Below are positions 33,436-43,782 of a stretch of DNA of 64,000 nucleotides, in pieces. A model generated the notes under the pieces. That model ran no database searches, was not told the origin of the DNA, and saw only the letters and a list, made by a program, of their open reading frames with translations. The translations under genes were made by a program, and so were the position numbers. The stretch is from an uncultured Alistipes sp. (GTDB lineage Bacteria > Bacteroidota > Bacteroidia > Bacteroidales > Rikenellaceae): positions 31,657 to 95,656 of the forward strand of contig UQYM01000003.1 in assembly GCA_900545315.1 (NCBI GenBank). Direction: 5' to 3'. Position 1 is the stretch's first letter. Each line of letters begins with the position of its first letter.

Positions 33436-35208
33436 GTGAATCCGCACCAAACAGACCACACCAAACAGCACCATCCCGCTGCTCCAATCCATAAGCTGAC
33501 CGACTGGCTGCCCACCTCGATCAAAGAGGTACGTGCCCGCGATTGGAGCGAACTCGATGTAATCCTCTTTTCGGGTGATGCCTATATCGACCACCCATCA
33601 TTTGGTGCAGCCGTCATCGGCCGTCTGTTAGAGGCAGAAGGATTGCGTGTGGCCATCGTTCCACAACCCAACTGGAAAGACGATCTGCGCGATTTTCGCA
33701 AGCTGGGCCGTCCGAAACTCTTCTTCGGGGTAACCGGCGGAGCCATGGACTCAATGGTCAACCACTACACCGCCAACAAGCGTCTGCGCAGCGATGATGC
33801 CTATACGCCCGGCGGTAAAGCTGGATTTCGGCCCGATTATGCAGTGACCGTTTACACCCGCATTCTCAAACAGCTCTACCCCGACACTCCGGTCATTATC
33901 GGCGGCATTGAGGCCTCGCTGCGTCGCCTGACCCACTACGACTACTGGAGCGACACCCTAAAACCCTCCATTCTGGTCGATAGTGGAGCCGATCTGCTGG
34001 CTTACGGTATGGGGGATAAAGTGCTGCCCGAAATTGCCCGTACCATGCGTGGCGGATACAACCTGAACCTGCTTCGCAAATTGCCGCAGGTCGCCTACCT
34101 CGTCCCCGCAAATAAAATCGGCTCACTGCCCGAAAACACCATCATGCTACACAGTTTCGAACAGTGCCAACAGAGCAAAAAGGCCTTCGGCGAGAACTTT
34201 GTCCACATCGAGACCGAATCGAACCGGATGCAGGCCGCAACATTAGTTGAACCTGTCGGAGATCAATATGTGGTGGTAAACCCACCCTATCCATCGCTCT
34301 CTGAAGAGGAGCTGGATCACAGCTTCGACCTCCCCTACACCCGTCTGCCCCACCCTCGATACAACGGCAAAGGCGATATCCCGGCCTATGAAATGATCAA
34401 ATTTTCGGTCAATCTACATCGAGGATGTTTCGGGGGGTGCAGTTTCTGTACCATTTCGGCCCATCAGGGCAAATTCATATCGAGCCGTAGCGAAGCCTCC
34501 ATCCTTAAGGAGGTGCGTCAAATCACCGCTATGCCCGGTTTCAAAGGCTACCTGTCGGATTTAGGGGGGCCATCGGCCAACATGTACCGGATGGGAGGAC
34601 GCAACAAAGCACTCTGTGCCAAATGTATTAGGCCGTCGTGTATTTTTCCGGCACCCTGCCGCAACCTCGATAACAACCATCGTCCGCTGATCGATCTGTA
34701 CCGCAAAGTGACCGCGATCAAAGGGATCAAAAAGGCATTTATCGGCAGTGGTATTCGTTACGATCTGTTTGAACAAGACGGTGATGCCTACCTGCGGGAG
34801 GTGATCCGCAACCATGTCTCTGGACGGCTCAAAGTGGCTCCCGAACACACCGAAGAGCATGTACTCAAATTGATGCGCAAACCCTCGTTCGAGCTGTTTC
34901 GCTCCTTGAACGAACGGTTCAACCGCATCTGCCAGCAAGAGGGGTTGAATTACCAGCTGATTCCCTACTTCATCTCCAGCCATCCAGGCTGCACTGAAGC
35001 CGATATGCGTCATTTGGCCGTCGAGACCCGTCGCCTCCATTTCCGGCTTGAACAGGTGCAGGATCTGACGCCAACCCCGCTAACCCTCTCTTCAGTGATG
35101 TTTTATACCGGCTTTAACCCTTACACGGGTGCAAAAGTGTATGTAGCCCGCAGCCAAGAAGAGAAACGACGTCAAAAAAGCTATTTCTTCGGGTGGAAAA
35201 AACATTGA
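33436..35208 (+). CDS. ygiQ: YgiQ family radical SAM protein (UPF0313)
   Basis: 590 aa. The N-terminal DVILFSGDAYIDHPSFG aligns to E. coli YgiQ. CxxxCxxC cluster (CFGGCSFC). Confidence 0.85.
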   Translation: MNPHQTDHTKQHHPAAPIHKLTDWLPTSIKEVRARDWSELDVILFSGDAYIDHPSFGAAVIGRLLEAEGLRVAIVPQPNWKDDLRDFRKLGRPKLFFGVTGGAMDSMVNHYTANKRLRSDDAYTPGGKAGFRPDYAVTVYTRILKQLYPDTPVIIGGIEASLRRLTHYDYWSDTLKPSILVDSGADLLAYGMGDKVLPEIARTMRGGYNLNLLRKLPQVAYLVPANKIGSLPENTIMLHSFEQCQQSKKAFGENFVHIETESNRMQAATLVEPVGDQYVVVNPPYPSLSEEELDHSFDLPYTRLPHPRYNGKGDIPAYEMIKFSVNLHRGCFGGCSFCTISAHQGKFISSRSEASILKEVRQITAMPGFKGYLSDLGGPSANMYRMGGRNKALCAKCIRPSCIFPAPCRNLDNNHRPLIDLYRKVTAIKGIKKAFIGSGIRYDLFEQDGDAYLREVIRNHVSGRLKVAPEHTEEHVLKLMRKPSFELFRSLNERFNRICQQEGLNYQLIPYFISSHPGCTEADMRHLAVETRRLHFRLEQVQDLTPTPLTLSSVMFYTGFNPYTGAKVYVARSQEEKRRQKSYFFGWKKH

Positions 35209-35281
35209 TCCCGTAACGCGTTTTCTCCGGAGACTTTCCGACGAATTTACTATTTTTACAGTCCGATTTCACAAGACAACT

Positions 35282-36919
35282 ATGGCCAAACAATACTCTC
35301 CCAAAGAAAAAAATGCTCAAGCAGCAGCCGATTTAATGGCTGATCCGATCAGTTTCGTTCCCCCTCAGGCCGTCGAGCTCGAAGAGGCCGTGCTCGGTGC
35401 GCTGATGCTCGAGAAAGATGCCGTCATCGAGGTTCAGGGACTGCTCACGCCCGAAGCATTTTACAAAGAGGCTCATCAGATTATCTACAAGGCTATTCTC
35501 GACCTGTCGATGGAGCTGAAACCGATCGACCTCTACACCGTCACCGAGAAGCTGAAACAGATCAAAAAGCTGACTCTGGTTGGAGGCGCCTCCTATTTGG
35601 CCCAACTGACCCAAAAGGTGGGATCGGCCGCTCACGTCGAGTTTCACGCCAAAATTATCGCCCAAAAATATGTGCAGCGCGAATTGATCCGGGCAACCAC
35701 CGAGATTCAAAAGCGTTCGTACGACGAAGCATCGGATGTGACCGACCTGATCGACTTTGCCGAAGGAGAGATCTTCAAAGTGGCCGAAGGCCACGTCAAA
35801 CGTGACGTGCAAAAGTCTCGCGACATCTTGACCAAAACGCTGCAGATGATCGAAGAGGCCTCCAAACGGGAAGGGGGATTCAGTGGTGTACCCTCCGGCT
35901 TCACCCACCTCGACCGTCTGACTTTGGGATGGCAGCCCTCCGATCTGATCATTATTGCAGCCCGACCCTCCATGGGTAAAACAGCGTTCGTCCTGACGCT
36001 GGCCCGCAATGTAGCGGTCGATTTTCAAAAAGGGGTGGCCTTCTTCTCACTCGAAATGAGCGCCGAACAGCTGATGATGCGTCTGATCGTGGCCGAATCT
36101 GAACTCGACTCACGCAGCGTCCGCAACGGCGACCTCACTCCCGAGCAATGGAAACACATGGAAACAGCCATCAAACCCCTGTCCACTGCTCCGCTGTTTA
36201 TCGACGACACGCCAGCGCTTTCGGTCTTCGAATTCCGCTCCAAGGTCCGCCGACTCAAAACCCAATACGATATTCAACTGATCATCATCGACTACCTGCA
36301 GTTGATGACCGCCAACACCGATAACCGCAACAGCAACCGAGAACAAGAGGTGGCCATGATCTCCCGTTCGCTGAAGGCCATTGCCAAAGAGCTGAACGTT
36401 CCGATCATCGCCCTGTCGCAGTTGAACCGTTCGGTTGAATCGCGAGGCGGCAACAAACGGCCTCAACTCTCCGACCTGCGTGAATCAGGAGCCATCGAGC
36501 AGGATGCCGACCTGGTTGCCTTTATCCACCGTCCCGAATATTACGGACTTACCGTTGACGAAGATGGTACACCAACGGAAGGCATGGCCGAAATCATTGT
36601 CGCCAAGCACCGTAACGGAGCCGTTGATACGATTAAATTGCGTTTCCGCAAGGAGCAGGCCCGTTTCATGGATTTTGATGAAGATCCAGGTTATACAGGC
36701 ATCGACAGCAGCATGAATACCGAATTCACCTCCTCGCTCGGTTCCACACAAAATTTCAATGATCCGGGTGGCTATGGCGCTTTGGGTGTGCCTTCGGGTT
36801 CGTTCGGCGGAAATTTCGGCGGCTCCTTCCAGGATATTCCCTCCTCGCTGGGCGGCACATTCGGCTCCGGCCAAAACGGCTTTGGCAACAACGGCAACGA
36901 CGAAGGATCTCCGTTCTAA
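35282..36919 (+). CDS. dnaB: Replicative DNA helicase DnaB with a Gly-rich C-terminal tail
   Basis: Walker A ARPSMGKTAF, an N-terminal DnaB domain, and an RecA-like core. The last ~75 aa are a G/S/F/N low-complexity extension. Confidence 0.9.
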   Translation: MAKQYSPKEKNAQAAADLMADPISFVPPQAVELEEAVLGALMLEKDAVIEVQGLLTPEAFYKEAHQIIYKAILDLSMELKPIDLYTVTEKLKQIKKLTLVGGASYLAQLTQKVGSAAHVEFHAKIIAQKYVQRELIRATTEIQKRSYDEASDVTDLIDFAEGEIFKVAEGHVKRDVQKSRDILTKTLQMIEEASKREGGFSGVPSGFTHLDRLTLGWQPSDLIIIAARPSMGKTAFVLTLARNVAVDFQKGVAFFSLEMSAEQLMMRLIVAESELDSRSVRNGDLTPEQWKHMETAIKPLSTAPLFIDDTPALSVFEFRSKVRRLKTQYDIQLIIIDYLQLMTANTDNRNSNREQEVAMISRSLKAIAKELNVPIIALSQLNRSVESRGGNKRPQLSDLRESGAIEQDADLVAFIHRPEYYGLTVDEDGTPTEGMAEIIVAKHRNGAVDTIKLRFRKEQARFMDFDEDPGYTGIDSSMNTEFTSSLGSTQNFNDPGGYGALGVPSGSFGGNFGGSFQDIPSSLGGTFGSGQNGFGNNGNDEGSPF

Positions 36920-37447
36920 ATCCGTATTCCTGTCTATTGGGGCAGCCCCTGTCGTTTGCCCCATTCTGCTAAATACGTGCAGCACCTAACATCCGTTCTG
37001 TTTGCTGTGCGTATGCATACTGCACGCCCATACAAAATCACATTTCGATCAGTATCTGCTCCTTACAATGGGCCAGCGATTCATGAGGAATAAAACCATC
37101 CTCTTCCTCTGCGGAGACTTAAATAAGGCAAATAAAATCTTCGAGGACAAAATATTTTACCTCTATTGCTGCAACTAATCCGACACTTTCACACATTCTC
37201 CATTTTTTGTAGTATCTTAGTGGAAACGCACCCGTCCGGAGGCTTTTATGCAAATAGCTTGTGCATGCCCCGCAGCATGTCTGGCTGCACAATAAACAGC
37301 TCTACGCCTCTGGATCGGACGACGTGTAACGTACAGTCCTCAGACAAAACGGTCTGCTTAACCAACAGACAGGACGTACAAGATATTTACCCGAAACGGC
37401 ATGGATAGCTTGAGACCATTCCGTAACACCACATAACACTAACCCGC

Positions 37448-38983
37448 ATGTTTGTCAAAAGTTATTGCAGCGCCATATCCGGCATCGAGGCTACCACCGT
37501 AGCCGTTGAAGTCAACATCACAGCCGGAGTAGGCATGTATCTCGTTGGCCTGCCCGACAACGCCGTGCGCGAAAGTCAGGAACGGATCCGCTCAGCTTTC
37601 GACAACTGCGAATACCGCATGAGCGGCAGAAAAGTGACCGTCAACCTCTCACCTGCCGACCTGCGCAAAGAGGGTTCTGCCTACGATCTTCCCATCGCTA
37701 TCGCTATTTTGGCCGCATCGGGTCAAATCATCTCCCCCAATTTATCCCGTTACATGTTGCTCGGGGAGCTCTCCCTCAATGGGGCCATCCTCCCAATCAA
37801 AGGAGCCCTTCCGATTGCTATCCAAGCTCAAAAAGAGGGATTTGCAGGCATTATTCTACCCGAAGCCAACGCTCACGAGGCGGCCGTCGTGCAGGGACTG
37901 GATGTATATGGCGTCAAGACCCTGAATGAAGTGATCGACTTTTTGCAGGGAGGCACCCAATTATCACCGCTGAAAATCGATATCGAACGAACCTTTGCCG
38001 CCGCTCAATACGCTTTCGACTACGATTTCAGCGACGTGCGAGGTCAGGCGCAAGTCAAACGGGCCCTCGAGGTGGCCGCTGCCGGAGGTCACAACGTGCT
38101 GATGGTAGGTCCTCCGGGATCCGGCAAAACCATGCTGGCCCGTCGGATGCCCTCAATCATGCCACCTACCACCCTGCAAGAGGCCCTCGAAACAACTAAA
38201 ATCCACTCCGTAGCCGGAAAGTTGGGTCGTCAAGAGGGGCTGATTACCACACGTCCGTTTCGCGCGCCGCACCACCTCACCTCACAGGTGGCCTTGGTGG
38301 GAGGAGGTACCACTCCACAACCCGGCGAAATCTCGCTGGCTCACAACGGAATTCTGTTTCTGGACGAGCTGCCTGAATTCAGCCGTACCGTACTCGAATC
38401 GCTGCGGCAACCCATGGAGGAAAAACGGATCGTCATTTCCCGTGCTAAATATACAGTCGAATATCCGGCAAACTTTATGCTGATCGCCTCGATGAATCCC
38501 TGCCCGTGTGGCTACTACAACCATCCGACCAAACATTGTGTCTGCTCTCCGGGTAGTGTGGCCAAATACCTGAATCACATCTCCGGGCCGATGCTCGACC
38601 GCATTGACCTGCAGGTGGAGGTAACTCCCGTTCCCTTTTCGGACCTGACACAAACCCGTCCGGAAGAATCGAGCAGCACCATCCGGGAACGGGTGATTGC
38701 GGCCCGAGAGATTCAACAAAAACGGTTTGCCGGCACCAACATTCATACCAACTCGATGATGAGCAGTCGCCAACTGCGTGAGTGGTGTCCGTTGGATCGA
38801 GAGTCGGTCAAACTGCTCGAAACCGCCATGGAGCGTCTGAATCTTTCGGCCCGAGCCTACGATCGAATCATCAAAGTGGCCCGGACCATCGCCGACCTAG
38901 AGGCAAGTCCCGACATCCATCCTCCACACATCGCCGAAGCGATCCGGTACCGCAGCCTCGACCGCGCCTCATGGGGTGCCTAA
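37448..38983 (+). CDS. comM: YifB/ComM family Mg-chelatase-like AAA+ ATPase
   Basis: 511 aa. Lon-like N-domain, Walker A (VGPPGSGKTM), a C-terminal zinc-finger-like CPCGYYNHPTKHCVC and a Mg-chelatase C-domain. Confidence 0.85.
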   Translation: MFVKSYCSAISGIEATTVAVEVNITAGVGMYLVGLPDNAVRESQERIRSAFDNCEYRMSGRKVTVNLSPADLRKEGSAYDLPIAIAILAASGQIISPNLSRYMLLGELSLNGAILPIKGALPIAIQAQKEGFAGIILPEANAHEAAVVQGLDVYGVKTLNEVIDFLQGGTQLSPLKIDIERTFAAAQYAFDYDFSDVRGQAQVKRALEVAAAGGHNVLMVGPPGSGKTMLARRMPSIMPPTTLQEALETTKIHSVAGKLGRQEGLITTRPFRAPHHLTSQVALVGGGTTPQPGEISLAHNGILFLDELPEFSRTVLESLRQPMEEKRIVISRAKYTVEYPANFMLIASMNPCPCGYYNHPTKHCVCSPGSVAKYLNHISGPMLDRIDLQVEVTPVPFSDLTQTRPEESSSTIRERVIAAREIQQKRFAGTNIHTNSMMSSRQLREWCPLDRESVKLLETAMERLNLSARAYDRIIKVARTIADLEASPDIHPPHIAEAIRYRSLDRASWGA

Positions 38984-38995
38984 CAGAGCCTGGCC

Positions 38996-40714
38996 ATGCA
39001 CCTTTCGGACCAAATAGCACTATCGCCCTTCCTCAGGATGATCGTCCCGCTGACGATCGGGATTTTGTTGGCTCCGTGGGTCGCCGTATCAACTTGGTTA
39101 CTGGCATCAATTGCGATCATCGTCTACGTTGCCGCCTGGTTTCTGCGTAAAAGTATCGCCGGATGGTGGTACGTTTCTGCCTCTATATTTCTGACCGGTC
39201 TGCTGATCAGCCGTATCGGCACAGCCCAACCCGAAATACCGCAAGGTGAACGGCTACTGATGGTTGCCCAAATCGACGCAACGCCCTACACCCAAGGCCG
39301 CTGGCAACGTACGACGGCGCATGTCGGCTACTACCGCCCCTACCCGCGAAAATCGGACGTAACATTCCGGACTCCCTCTACCCGCAACGTTGACTCCACA
39401 CCAACTTTCTCTTCACGAACCGGTTGTGCTCCAGACAGGGCCTACGATTTCAACATGAGCTATGCAAATCCCGGCTCCACAAGTCCCCTTAGTCCCGAAA
39501 ATCGGCAAACCATAGCAAGATCTAACCCGTATCCCGCTACGGAATGGGTACCCGTTTCCGAAGAGATTCAGCTCTATATCGACACCAGCTATCGGGTTCA
39601 AATCGGCGAACAGATCACTTTCAGAGGTTACCTCAACCCCATCGACACCACCGACAGCGGTTACGGACGGTTGATGCACAGTCGGGGACTCTTCTCCCGC
39701 AGTTATCTCACCCGAGGTGCGCTAATCACCCGTATGACGCCACAAACCGTTCCCCTCTCTGTACAAGCGGCACAAGTCCAACAGGCAGCTGTCTCCCGAC
39801 TCCTACGGCTCAACCTGGATGAAACCGACCGCAATCTACTCGCCACACTGGTAGCCGGTGAACGTCGAGGCATCGACCCCACCCTGCGACAAGAGTATGC
39901 CGTCACCGGTGTCGCCCATATTTTGGCCGTATCGGGACTTCACATGGGGTTTGTCCTGCTCTTTGCCAACCTGCTGTTCGGCTGGATCGTCTTCTTCCGT
40001 CGGGGACATCTGATCAAAAACAGCTTGGTCATACTCTTCATGTGGGGATATGCTGTTATGGCCGGATTGTCGGCCCCGGTCATCCGGGCAGCCCTGATGA
40101 TGTCTTGCGCGCAACTGGCGTTCAGTACCGCACAAAAAGGAAACAGCTACAACATCGTCCTGGGTGTCGCTACGCTCATGTTGGCAGTCCATCCCGGATA
40201 CCTGACCGACATCAGTTTTCAACTCTCGTTTGTCGCCGTGCTCTCCATCCTCTTCTTCTATCCTCGACTGTTCCGTTATCGCAAAAAATGGGGGCGTATT
40301 CCCAATGCTATCCTAAGTTGTGTTTTCCTCGGCGTGGCCGCACAGATCGGTACGCTACCCTTAGTTGCATACAGCTTTGGCAACATCCCTGTGATTTCAT
40401 TGCTGATCAATCCAATTGTAATTCTCACCTCTTTCATTACGATTTGTACAGGGCTCGTCTGGCTACTCCTTCCACTCGGGTTTCTCAACCCAATCTGCAG
40501 CTTTATTATTCATCATGCGCTCACATGGCAAAATAGCCTCATCGGATGGGCTGCTCATACGCCAGTCACCGCCATTCGCAATGTCGATATGCCCGGAGGG
40601 GTGGTGATTGCACTCTATGCGGTAATCGCTACGATAGCTATCGCAATCAAATTAAGAGAAGAGCGAAACGAAAAATTGCTCTTTAAGAAAAATTCCCGGA
40701 TATTTGCACCATGA
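38996..40714 (+). CDS. comEC: ComEC/Rec2 family DNA-uptake channel protein (no obvious C-terminal beta-lactamase domain in this ORF)
   Basis: Competence domain motifs (YAVTGVAHILAVSGLHMGF) and multiple TM helices. The N-terminal region carries a low-complexity insert. Confidence 0.8.
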   Translation: MHLSDQIALSPFLRMIVPLTIGILLAPWVAVSTWLLASIAIIVYVAAWFLRKSIAGWWYVSASIFLTGLLISRIGTAQPEIPQGERLLMVAQIDATPYTQGRWQRTTAHVGYYRPYPRKSDVTFRTPSTRNVDSTPTFSSRTGCAPDRAYDFNMSYANPGSTSPLSPENRQTIARSNPYPATEWVPVSEEIQLYIDTSYRVQIGEQITFRGYLNPIDTTDSGYGRLMHSRGLFSRSYLTRGALITRMTPQTVPLSVQAAQVQQAAVSRLLRLNLDETDRNLLATLVAGERRGIDPTLRQEYAVTGVAHILAVSGLHMGFVLLFANLLFGWIVFFRRGHLIKNSLVILFMWGYAVMAGLSAPVIRAALMMSCAQLAFSTAQKGNSYNIVLGVATLMLAVHPGYLTDISFQLSFVAVLSILFFYPRLFRYRKKWGRIPNAILSCVFLGVAAQIGTLPLVAYSFGNIPVISLLINPIVILTSFITICTGLVWLLLPLGFLNPICSFIIHHALTWQNSLIGWAAHTPVTAIRNVDMPGGVVIALYAVIATIAIAIKLREERNEKLLFKKNSRIFAP

Positions 40715-42204
40715 TCTCCTGCAACGATATCCAGACGCTGCTACGGCCCGATGTCCGCGAACAGATCGCCGTACATCTGAACGACGATCCGACAAAAGTG
40801 GCGTTATCCTTGCGTGAGAATGGTCCATTGGTGGCAACCCAAATCAAATATCTGCAACGGGCCCGCACCAAGCTGCCCTCCTACTATGCGGCACAGTGTA
40901 TCTTGCCGCCACTCTCGTTTGAACAGGCCAGCAGTGAAGAGAGTGCCTCGCTCAAACACTATGCAGGCCACACCTGCCTCGACCTAACTTGTGGTTTAGG
41001 AGTTGATACTCTCCATTTCAGTAACCATTTCGACCAGGTCGTAACCGTTGAACAGAGCCCGGAACTGTGTGAAATCGCCCGAATCAACTTCGAACGACTC
41101 CATGCTCGCAACATTCGGATTCAATCTGCTACAGCCGAACAATTCGTAGCCGACCTGATCTCTGGGCAGGAATCGATCGGCCCAATCGATCTGATCTACA
41201 TCGACCCCGCCCGAAGAGACTGTCAGGGCAAAAAGGTGTGGCTCTTAGAGGCTTGTTCGCCCGATGTCAAACGATTGTTGCCCTCATTGTTGCAGTTGTC
41301 ACCTCTTGTCGTAATCAAAGCCTCACCACTTTTCGACATTGACGAGGCGTTCCGTCTTTTCGGGGAGGAGTGCTCAGTAGAGATCATCTCAGTTCACGGC
41401 GAGTGCAAAGAGGTTTTAATGGAAATACACCGTCCGAAAGACAATAAGCCAATTCACCATATTGCCATTTCTGAGCATTTGGTCCCATCCAACACAGACA
41501 ATAATTTAATTGGGGGAAATAGCTCTACATCATCGGAAAAATTACAGACTTCTGCCGCTTCATACCCTGCCTCTGGGCAGACGGGCGTGATTCGATTGAC
41601 CGCCTCAGGGCACCCATCGCTCTGTTATTCCCGCAAAAAGGGAAAATGGTTGGACAATCCCCAAGCCAAGGTTGCACAGTCGACAGCTCAACAAAAGTGT
41701 TCTTCAGACCAGCAGCAAGCACAAGCTGCACACACTTCTTCGATACAACGACACAACAATGAAGTTGTATACCAAGAGCAAACAAACGATTTTACGGCAC
41801 GCTACCTGCTGATTCCCGATGTGGTCCTATACAAAGCGCGCCTGATTGAGTCCTACGCCCAACGTTGCGGATGCCGGGTCGGTTCCCCTACCGGGTACCT
41901 CTTCTCCGACCAAATCCCGGAGGCGTTTCTGGGGCGTATCTTCCCCATTCAATGGGCCGCTCCCTACAAACCCAAAACACTGAAATCACGGTTCAAACAG
42001 GAGGGAATCACCCGCTGCAATCTACTCAAAAAAGATTTTCCTCATGATGCAGAAGCCATTGCCAAAACCCTGGGGATTCGTCAAGGAGGAAACCACTACG
42101 CAGCTTTCACCCGTATCGAAACACAACCCTACGTCCTGATACTCGGTACCGAAATTTTTATTCACAACTCAGACCTCGATCAACATGCACAACAAAAGTC
42201 GTAA
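40711..42204 (+). CDS. Class I SAM-dependent methyltransferase with a THUMP-like C-terminal domain and a ~100-aa Ser/Gln/Thr-rich internal linker
   Basis: SAM motif LDLTCGLGVDT. 4-bp overlap with comEC. A low-complexity segment covers residues ~255-360. Confidence 0.6.
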   Translation: MISCNDIQTLLRPDVREQIAVHLNDDPTKVALSLRENGPLVATQIKYLQRARTKLPSYYAAQCILPPLSFEQASSEESASLKHYAGHTCLDLTCGLGVDTLHFSNHFDQVVTVEQSPELCEIARINFERLHARNIRIQSATAEQFVADLISGQESIGPIDLIYIDPARRDCQGKKVWLLEACSPDVKRLLPSLLQLSPLVVIKASPLFDIDEAFRLFGEECSVEIISVHGECKEVLMEIHRPKDNKPIHHIAISEHLVPSNTDNNLIGGNSSTSSEKLQTSAASYPASGQTGVIRLTASGHPSLCYSRKKGKWLDNPQAKVAQSTAQQKCSSDQQQAQAAHTSSIQRHNNEVVYQEQTNDFTARYLLIPDVVLYKARLIESYAQRCGCRVGSPTGYLFSDQIPEAFLGRIFPIQWAAPYKPKTLKSRFKQEGITRCNLLKKDFPHDAEAIAKTLGIRQGGNHYAAFTRIETQPYVLILGTEIFIHNSDLDQHAQQKS

Positions 42205-43693
42205 AAGACCAACCATCTTGCAATCTCTCATTCCCATTTTGGTGTTGATCGGGCTGATCAGCCTTAACGTGATCACCCTGGGCGATGACACCCTCTCGGG
42301 TGCCAACCAAATCTCGCTGCTGATCGCCTCCAGCGTCGCAACCTGCATCGCCCTCTACAATAAAGTCACCTGGCAGGATATTCTCAAAGGGATTCTCCAT
42401 ACGCTTTCAGCTGCCATGCCCGCCATACTGATCCTGATGATGATCGGCGCTCTGGCCGGCACCTGGATGCTCAGTGGCATCATTCCCGCCATGATTCATT
42501 ACGGATTATACATCCTACGACCGGACTATTTCCTGCCCGCCGCCGTAATCATCGCTGCCATCATTTCGATAGCAACCGGCAGCTCCTGGTCCACCATCGC
42601 CACCGTCGGCGTAGCCCTGCTGGGAATCGGTCAGACCCTCGGCCTCAACGACGCCATGATCGCCGGAGCCATCATCTCAGGTGCCTACTTCGGAGATAAA
42701 ATCTCCCCGCTCAGCGACACCACAAACCTCGCCTCAGCCACCGCCGGAGTCAACCTGTTTACCCACATCCGGTACATGATGTTCACCACTGTACCCACCA
42801 TACTGATCACCCTCATTCTGTTCACCATCATCTCGCTCTGCATCGATGTGCAACCGACCGAGATGTCCGTCGATGCCGTACAACAAACCATCACCTCCAC
42901 CTACCATATCAGCCCCCTGCTGTTCATCGTCCCGGTCCTGGTCATCTGGATGATCGCACGGCGCATTAAACCCGTACCAGTCCTCTTCCTCGGAGCCATT
43001 TTAGGGGCCATTCTGGCACTGATCACCCAGTCCGATGTGATTGCCCAACTGAGCGGACAGCGAACTCTCACCCTGCAAGGCGCTTATCGTATCATCACCC
43101 AATCCATGTACGGTTCCCTGGCGATCAATACCGGGAATCCAACGGTCGATGCCCTGTTCAGCACCTCAGGAATGGCCGGTATGATGAATACCATCTGGTT
43201 AATCATCACCGCCATGATTTTCGGCGGAGTGATGGAGGCCGGACAGTTCCTCGAACGAATCACCTCAGCACTGATCAAACGGGTCCACTCCACCGGAGGA
43301 CTGGTCACCACCACAACCGGCACCTGCCTACTGTTCAATGCAACCGCTTCGGATCAATACATCGCCATCGTCGTTCCCGGCAAGATGTTCGCCAATGTCT
43401 ACCGCAAAAACCGGCTTGCTCCAGAAGTTCTGAGCCGTACATTGGAAGATACCGGCACCGTGACCTCAGTTCTCTTCCCGTGGAATACCTGTGGCGCCAC
43501 CCAATCGAGCGTTTTGGGCGTATCCACCTTTACCTACCTACCCTACGCCTTCTTCTGCTATCTCAGCCCCTTGATGTCCATCCTGTTCGCCTGGTTCAAT
43601 ATCAAAATCAGAAGGCTTACCACAGCCGCTTCCCCACAGGAGACCTCACCCGTCTCCCTCCCCGACGATTCAGCCAAAAACGACCCTGCATAA
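42185..43693 (+). CDS. nhaC: Na+/H+ antiporter NhaC family
   Basis: 502 aa, about 12 TM helices. Family-typical segments (AMIAGAIISGAYFGDKISPLSDTTN). Confidence 0.8.
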   Translation: MHNKSRKRPTILQSLIPILVLIGLISLNVITLGDDTLSGANQISLLIASSVATCIALYNKVTWQDILKGILHTLSAAMPAILILMMIGALAGTWMLSGIIPAMIHYGLYILRPDYFLPAAVIIAAIISIATGSSWSTIATVGVALLGIGQTLGLNDAMIAGAIISGAYFGDKISPLSDTTNLASATAGVNLFTHIRYMMFTTVPTILITLILFTIISLCIDVQPTEMSVDAVQQTITSTYHISPLLFIVPVLVIWMIARRIKPVPVLFLGAILGAILALITQSDVIAQLSGQRTLTLQGAYRIITQSMYGSLAINTGNPTVDALFSTSGMAGMMNTIWLIITAMIFGGVMEAGQFLERITSALIKRVHSTGGLVTTTTGTCLLFNATASDQYIAIVVPGKMFANVYRKNRLAPEVLSRTLEDTGTVTSVLFPWNTCGATQSSVLGVSTFTYLPYAFFCYLSPLMSILFAWFNIKIRRLTTAASPQETSPVSLPDDSAKNDPA

Positions 43694-43751
43694 TCATCCC
43701 AAGCCGTCAATACCGCTCAGCATCGATTGTGCATTGATGTCAAGGCCTAAT

Positions 43752-43782
43752 CTGTAGCCTATCCACTGTGAATAGGCTACAG
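43752..43782. repeat. Perfect 11-bp inverted repeat (CTGTAGCCTAT-9 nt-ATAGGCTACAG) downstream of nhaC, with no T-tract
   Basis: Seen directly. Could be a Rho-dependent or protein-stabilised terminator, or a protein-binding site. Confidence 0.3.
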
